Shown: positions 59,225 to 64,000 of the stretch, piece after piece
Layout: each line of letters opens with the position of its first letter
How positions within the stretch are numbered: position 1 is the first letter of the stretch
Assembly: GCA_964555185.1 (NCBI GenBank)
Contig: CAZKRD010000001.1
Coordinates: 239,272 to 303,271, forward strand
Origin: an uncultured Candidatus Saccharibacteria bacterium
GTDB lineage: Bacteria; Patescibacteriota; JAQUNI01
Direction: 5' to 3'
Length of the DNA: 64,000 nucleotides
Notes under the pieces: generated by a model
Databases searched by the model: none
Seen by the model: only the letters and a program-made list of their open reading frames with translations
What the model was told of the DNA's origin: nothing
Translations under genes and position numbers: made by a program

Positions 59225-59524
59225 ATGCAAATTAAAATTAACTCCCAAAAATTTGGAAATAATATTAAAGTCTTAATGCGCAAGATTGGCTATCTTCCTT
59301 TGCGCGATCCAAGAACAGGACAGACTGGTTATGTCAGGCGTTTGCGCCGTGGTTTTTATCCGCGCTTTCATGCTCATATCTCTTTAGGTCAGAATAAGAA
59401 TGTACTTTTGGATCTTCATTATGATACAGCCAAGCCAATGCACATCCCTGGCACAACCCGGGTGGAAAAAGACGGTGAGGTTTTAGAAGAAGAAGTGAGG
59501 AGAATTATGGCGATTCTAGGATAA
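59225..59524 (+). CDS. Small hypothetical protein
   Basis: Coupled to atpD; GY..YVRRL..YPRFH...LHYD pattern. Confidence 0.65.
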   Translation: MQIKINSQKFGNNIKVLMRKIGYLPLRDPRTGQTGYVRRLRRGFYPRFHAHISLGQNKNVLLDLHYDTAKPMHIPGTTRVEKDGEVLEEEVRRIMAILG

Positions 59525-59737
59525 TGGATACAAATATTTTTTAAGCGATCAGGGTTTCTTTTTTGAAAACCTTGATTTTTTTTCGATAGTATGATACAAT
59601 AGATGTGTTAGTGAGAGTACAAAGAGCTCGCGAAAGGTCAAAAATGGCTTTTCTCGAGCTCTTTTCGATTTTTGGAGGCGATTTTTGGCCAAAATAGCCT
59701 AAATTGCCTTATTATCAGGACAAAAATAAAAACAAAA

Positions 59738-61153
59738 ATGTTTAAAATTATTCAAAAAGTATTCGTTTTTTCTTTAATTTTCATCTTGGGGATGAATTTT
59801 TTGTTAATCAAAAATGTAGAAGCGGAAACTTATTCTTATTTTGGAAGGATCTTTAAGGTGATTAATTTGAACTTAGGCACAGACTTTGATCTTTTTGAAA
59901 AGGATTTTGCCGGCGGTGTTTCGGTTTGCGTTGGCGATATTGATGGTAAAGGTCAAAAAGAGATTATAGTTGGCTCTGGTCCAGGCCGGAGGAGCGAGAT
60001 TTTAGTCTATACCCACCAGGGCCAGAAGACTAAATACATTATTTATCCTTTTGAGAAAGATTTTATTGGCGGTGTGGATGTCGCTTGCGGCGATCTTGAC
60101 GCTGACGGGGCGGATGAGATTATTGTCGCGGTTGCGAGCAAAGAGCAGGCGAAGATCAAGGTTTATCGCGCCGACCAGGGAAAGACACTGCTTTCCGAGT
60201 TTGTGGCCGAGGCTTCGGAATTTAAAGGCGGTGTGCATATATCTGCTGGTGATATTGACGGCGATGGGGCAGATGAGATCGCGGTCTCTAGGGGGCAGGG
60301 CTCTCGTTCCCGCGTCCATTTTTTTGAACTGAACGGAGAGGCCCTTGCCACAATGATCTATCCTTTTTCAAAAGAATACAAAAACGGCGCTGACGTAGAG
60401 TTAGCTGACGTGGATGGCGACGGGGAAGATGAGATCATTGTTTCTGCTTTCCGGAATAGTAAGGCCTATATTAAGACTTATGAAACAGACGGCACAGAGA
60501 AGGCGAGTTTTATTGCTTACAATCAGGGTTTTAAAGGCGGCGTTAATATTGCGACAGCAGACGTTAATCTTGACGGGCTTTATGAAATTATTGCCGGCGC
60601 GGGTCCAGGCGGCTCTCCGCACGTGCGAGTATTTAATTATAAAGGTCAAATTCAGAACGGTTACAGTTTTTACTCCTTTGACAAGAGTTTTTCTCGCGGA
60701 GTTTCCGTGGCCGGAGCTGATTTGGACAATGACGGTACCGGAGAAATTGTTACCCTCCCGGCATTTAATTATGATTTTAAAGGTTCAAAGAAAATCGTAA
60801 TTGATATTTCAGAACAGAATCTTAAAGCCTACGAGGGCTCGCATATATTTTTAGATACAATTATTTCTACCGGCACAATAGGGATGCCAACGCCTTTGGG
60901 CGCGTATAGGGTGTTAAACAAGAATCCGCGCGCCTGGTCTTCAAAATACGGCCTTTATATGCCTTATTGGATGGCTTTTACTTATCTGGGGCATGGTATG
61001 CATGAGTTACCTGAATGGCCGGGGGGCTACAAAGAGGGAGCGAATCATTTGGGGATGCGGGTTTCTCACGGCTGTGTCCGTTTAGGCGTAGGTCCAGCCG
61101 AACAGCTCTATAACTGGGCCAATATCGGAACACCGATTGTGGTGCAGGAATGA
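59738..61153 (+). CDS. FG-GAP repeat protein with C-terminal L,D-transpeptidase (YkuD) domain
   Basis: Repeated GGV.V..GD.DGDG..EII; ISTG..TP.G; HE..SHGCVRL. Confidence 0.9.
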   Translation: MFKIIQKVFVFSLIFILGMNFLLIKNVEAETYSYFGRIFKVINLNLGTDFDLFEKDFAGGVSVCVGDIDGKGQKEIIVGSGPGRRSEILVYTHQGQKTKYIIYPFEKDFIGGVDVACGDLDADGADEIIVAVASKEQAKIKVYRADQGKTLLSEFVAEASEFKGGVHISAGDIDGDGADEIAVSRGQGSRSRVHFFELNGEALATMIYPFSKEYKNGADVELADVDGDGEDEIIVSAFRNSKAYIKTYETDGTEKASFIAYNQGFKGGVNIATADVNLDGLYEIIAGAGPGGSPHVRVFNYKGQIQNGYSFYSFDKSFSRGVSVAGADLDNDGTGEIVTLPAFNYDFKGSKKIVIDISEQNLKAYEGSHIFLDTIISTGTIGMPTPLGAYRVLNKNPRAWSSKYGLYMPYWMAFTYLGHGMHELPEWPGGYKEGANHLGMRVSHGCVRLGVGPAEQLYNWANIGTPIVVQE

Positions 61154-61314
61154 TGAGTAAATTTCGCGGATTTATAGATATAAATGAGTGACACCTATAA
61201 GGGTGTCACTTTTGTTTGCTAATTAGTATTTTTTGTGTTAATTTTAAGTGAAGATCTTTGGAAAATATGTGATATAAAACTTGAATTTTGATCTGCCAAT
61301 AGAAAGGGGCTTTA

Positions 61315-61878
61315 ATGATGAAAGTAGGGCTTGTGTATAGGAGTTTTAAGTATGCTGTAGAGCTGATTCATAGTACTGCCTATCACCTGGTTATCGTGGA
61401 AGCACAGGGAAAGCTTTTTGTGGTTGTGCAAGAGGGCAAGGGCTATAGCAGTTTTGTGAGGGATCATTGGGATCAAAGAGACCTAGCAGGCGTTACAAGG
61501 GTTAAATGCTTCGACAAATCTGATGTTGATTCTTTACCTAAAATGCTTCGTGCGCTTTATGGGCTTTTCTCTAGTTCAGGGAGGATGCAGTTTGAAATAA
61601 CTGCTAAAGAAGTTAAATCAGCCAATGAAGCGAATCAGGAAATAAAGCGAGGCATGACTTTGGTTTTTCTACAACTGCAACAAGGATCAGATTTGTATGT
61701 ATATATCAGTTCACCAATTATCAACGAGCTGGTTGATTCTCAATTGTTTTGGTCGAAAGCTTATTTGCCTGGAGGTTCAGGCGCTACTGTTTTCCAGCTG
61801 GGCAATACAAGCAAAGAAGAAGCTATCAGCCAGATTACAAGGGTCGTATCTTCTTTGAAGACAGGAGAAGTGAGTTAA
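61315..61878 (+). CDS. Hypothetical protein (cassette type)
   Basis: 187-aa ORF with AAAGGGG SD and upstream promoter-like sequence. Confidence 0.6.
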   Translation: MMKVGLVYRSFKYAVELIHSTAYHLVIVEAQGKLFVVVQEGKGYSSFVRDHWDQRDLAGVTRVKCFDKSDVDSLPKMLRALYGLFSSSGRMQFEITAKEVKSANEANQEIKRGMTLVFLQLQQGSDLYVYISSPIINELVDSQLFWSKAYLPGGSGATVFQLGNTSKEEAISQITRVVSSLKTGEVS

Positions 61879-61946
61879 ATGTTCTAATAGGTTATTTGTC
61901 CTTACTGCTATCCACGAAGAGATTGAATTGGAGGAGGTGAAAGGAG

Positions 61947-62243
61947 TTGGCAGTGAGAGTAAAGAGTACCAATGATATAGATGATCAGCATCGAGGGCCA
62001 GATATAGCAAGGCATTTGATAGGATGTGAGATTCTGATCATAGGAGGCCAGAGTTCTGCCTTCGAGGTTATAGTTAACAACAAAGGTTCCCAAGGCGGTT
62101 TAATTAGTAATAGGATAAGACAGAGACTTTCTTGGGAAAGAGGTATCTCGCCAACTCCGGGCACGACCTGTTTCCATGTAAAAGTGGATAGGGATGAAGA
62201 AATCCTGGAGGCGTTAATGGAGATTTTTCCAGACTTGGAATAG
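61947..62243 (+). CDS. Hypothetical protein (cassette type)
   Basis: GGAGGAGGTG SD, TTG start; terminator GGAC..GTCC+T8 downstream. Confidence 0.55.
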   Translation: MAVRVKSTNDIDDQHRGPDIARHLIGCEILIIGGQSSAFEVIVNNKGSQGGLISNRIRQRLSWERGISPTPGTTCFHVKVDRDEEILEALMEIFPDLE

Positions 62244-62338
62244 TTTGAGGACAGATGATTCTGAAAACGAATCAAAAGTCCTTTTTTTATTTCCAATCAA
62301 TTCATTTTGTGGTAAAATAAAGTAAATGAATATTATTT

Positions 62339-63736
62339 ATGCTTAAGACAGATTACTGTGGGAAATTAACAAAAAAACAAGCAGGGAAAGAGGTAATCCT
62401 AGCGGGATGGGTGCATACAAGGCGCGATCACGGCAAGCTGATTTTTTTGGATTTGCGTGATTCTACGGGTTTGGTTCAGGTTGTAGTCAATCCTGAAGTT
62501 TCTAAAGAGGCGCATAAACTGGCGCAATCAGTGCGGCCGGAATTTGTTTTACAGATTTTGGGCAAAGTGAATAAGCGGCCGGAAAAACTTGTTAACCCTA
62601 ATCTTTTAACAGGAGAGATAGAAGTGGAAGCTCGAGAGGTAAGAGTTTTGGCTAAGAGTGAAACTCCGCCTTTTGATTTAGATTCTGATGGTTACAAAAT
62701 AAAGGAGGATTTGCGCTTTCAGTATCGTTATCTGGATTTGCGTCGTTGCCGGGCCTTAAAGATTTTGAAAAAACGGGCAGAATGCATGGATTATATGCGT
62801 GAGTTTTTAAGAAAAAAAGGTTTTTTAGAGATTGAAACTCCAATTTTAACTAAGTCCACGCCCGAAGGCGCGCGCGACTTTATCGTGCCTTCCAGAATGC
62901 ACCCGGGCAAGTTTTATGCTTTGCCTCAATCCCCCCAGCAGTATAAACAGCTTCTGATGGTCGCCGGTGTTGAACGCTATTTCCAGTTCCCGCGCTGTCT
63001 GCGCGATGAAGATTTGCGCGCTGACCGGCTTTTGGAATTTACCCAGCTTGATATTGAGATGTCGTTTTGTGAACAGGAGGATATCCTAAATCTCGCTGAA
63101 GAGCTGATGATTGGTTTGACCCAAGATGTGTTCAAAAAAGAGATTCTGGAGATTCCTTTTCCGAGGTTAAGTTATGCCCAGGCAATGGAAAAGTACAAAC
63201 GGGATGATCCGGATTTACGTCCTGATAAAAAAAGCAAAAAAATGGCCTACCTTTGGGTTTTGGATTTTCCAATGTTTGAATACCACAAAGAAGAAAAAAG
63301 ATGGGGAGCAAAGCACCATCCTTTTACCGCGGTCAATCCAGAAGACTTGCCTCTCCTTGCGAAAGGCAGGGACTTGGAAAAGATTAGGGCCCAGCAATAT
63401 GATTTAGTTTTAAATGGAGCAGAGGTTTTTGGCGGCAGTATCCGGACTACTGATCCGAAAGTTTTAGCGCGAGTTTTTGAACTCTTGGGTCATAATCAAC
63501 AAGAGATTCAAGAGCGTTTTGGTCATCTTCTGAAAGCTTTTGAATACGGCGTGCCTCCGCACGGCGGGATCGCTTCCGGCCTTGATCGGCTTTTAATGGT
63601 TTTGCTTTCCGAGAAAAATATCCGGGAAGTGATTCCATTCCCAACAACAGGGAAGGGAACAACTGCCGTGATGGACGCACCGTCCGAGGTGGATTCAAAA
63701 CAGTTGCGGGATTTGCATATTAAGATAGTTAAATAA
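62339..63736 (+). CDS. aspS: Aspartate--tRNA ligase, short form lacking the GAD insert, likely non-discriminating
   Basis: RRDHG, YRYLDLR, TPEGARDF, ALPQSPQ, RDED, PPHGG; 465 aa. Confidence 0.95.
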   Translation: MLKTDYCGKLTKKQAGKEVILAGWVHTRRDHGKLIFLDLRDSTGLVQVVVNPEVSKEAHKLAQSVRPEFVLQILGKVNKRPEKLVNPNLLTGEIEVEAREVRVLAKSETPPFDLDSDGYKIKEDLRFQYRYLDLRRCRALKILKKRAECMDYMREFLRKKGFLEIETPILTKSTPEGARDFIVPSRMHPGKFYALPQSPQQYKQLLMVAGVERYFQFPRCLRDEDLRADRLLEFTQLDIEMSFCEQEDILNLAEELMIGLTQDVFKKEILEIPFPRLSYAQAMEKYKRDDPDLRPDKKSKKMAYLWVLDFPMFEYHKEEKRWGAKHHPFTAVNPEDLPLLAKGRDLEKIRAQQYDLVLNGAEVFGGSIRTTDPKVLARVFELLGHNQQEIQERFGHLLKAFEYGVPPHGGIASGLDRLLMVLLSEKNIREVIPFPTTGKGTTAVMDAPSEVDSKQLRDLHIKIVK

Positions 63737-63741
63737 AAAAT

Positions 63742-63862
63742 GTCATTGCGAGGAGCGAGCGAAGGCTGGAAGCCTGAGCGAAGCGACGAAGCAATCTCAT
63801 CAAGATTAGCCTCGTTCAATCAAGGAGATTGCTTCGTCGGCCTTCGGCCTTCTCGCAATGAC
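63742..63862. repeat. Full GTCATTGCGAG...CTCGCAATGAC REP-like palindrome
   Basis: Terminal and internal inverted repeats (GAAGCAATCTC/GAGATTGCTTC). Confidence 0.78.
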
Positions 63863-64000
63863 AGCAAGATGCTATGCCTATTTTAAAAAGATTGGAGAAT
63901 TTTCTGAAGAAACAAAGAGCTTTTTATCAAGTAGTTACTCACAAAACAATTTATACCACCTTTGACCTCTCCCAGACTCTGCATGAGGATTTGAAGCTGA

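Noticed and set aside
62339-63736. Truncated or pseudogene aspS
   Set aside because: All class II motifs are intact; only the GAD insertion is absent, a known short form

Overview
A low-GC bacterial chromosome segment that looks like Patescibacteria/CPR. This is inference from the SD-less core genes, a short GAD-less AspRS, CPR-type hypothetical proteins and many palindromic intergenic repeats. Housekeeping blocks: pcm-manC-mltG, rplJ-rplL, a partial dcw cluster (mraZ-rsmH-ftsL-ftsI-murF), hrcA-grpE-dnaK-DUF296-dnaJ with tandem CIRCE, a complete A/V-type (probably Na+) ATPase operon whose A subunit carries a 518-aa LAGLIDADG intein, aspS, tRNA-Glu and tRNA-Lys. Most unusual: (1) a five-gene SipW-type signal peptidase operon (4.2-8.3 kb) whose secreted subunits share a mature N-terminal strand, one ending in an LPxTG-like anchor, suggesting a TasA/bundling-pilus-like fibre tethered by a sortase; (2) directly upstream, about 2 kb of non-coding DNA built from 6-7 tandem sigma70 promoter / structured RNA / terminator units, two of them paralogues with compensatory stem changes; (3) a dispersed class of self-contained cassettes (consensus promoter, boxA-like motif, strong SD) in an otherwise SD-less genome, including an ECF sigma plus a second L7/L12, a lone large PurL and an antisense gene inside the ATPase operon. 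All calls come from reading the sequence; no database searches or folding programs were run.
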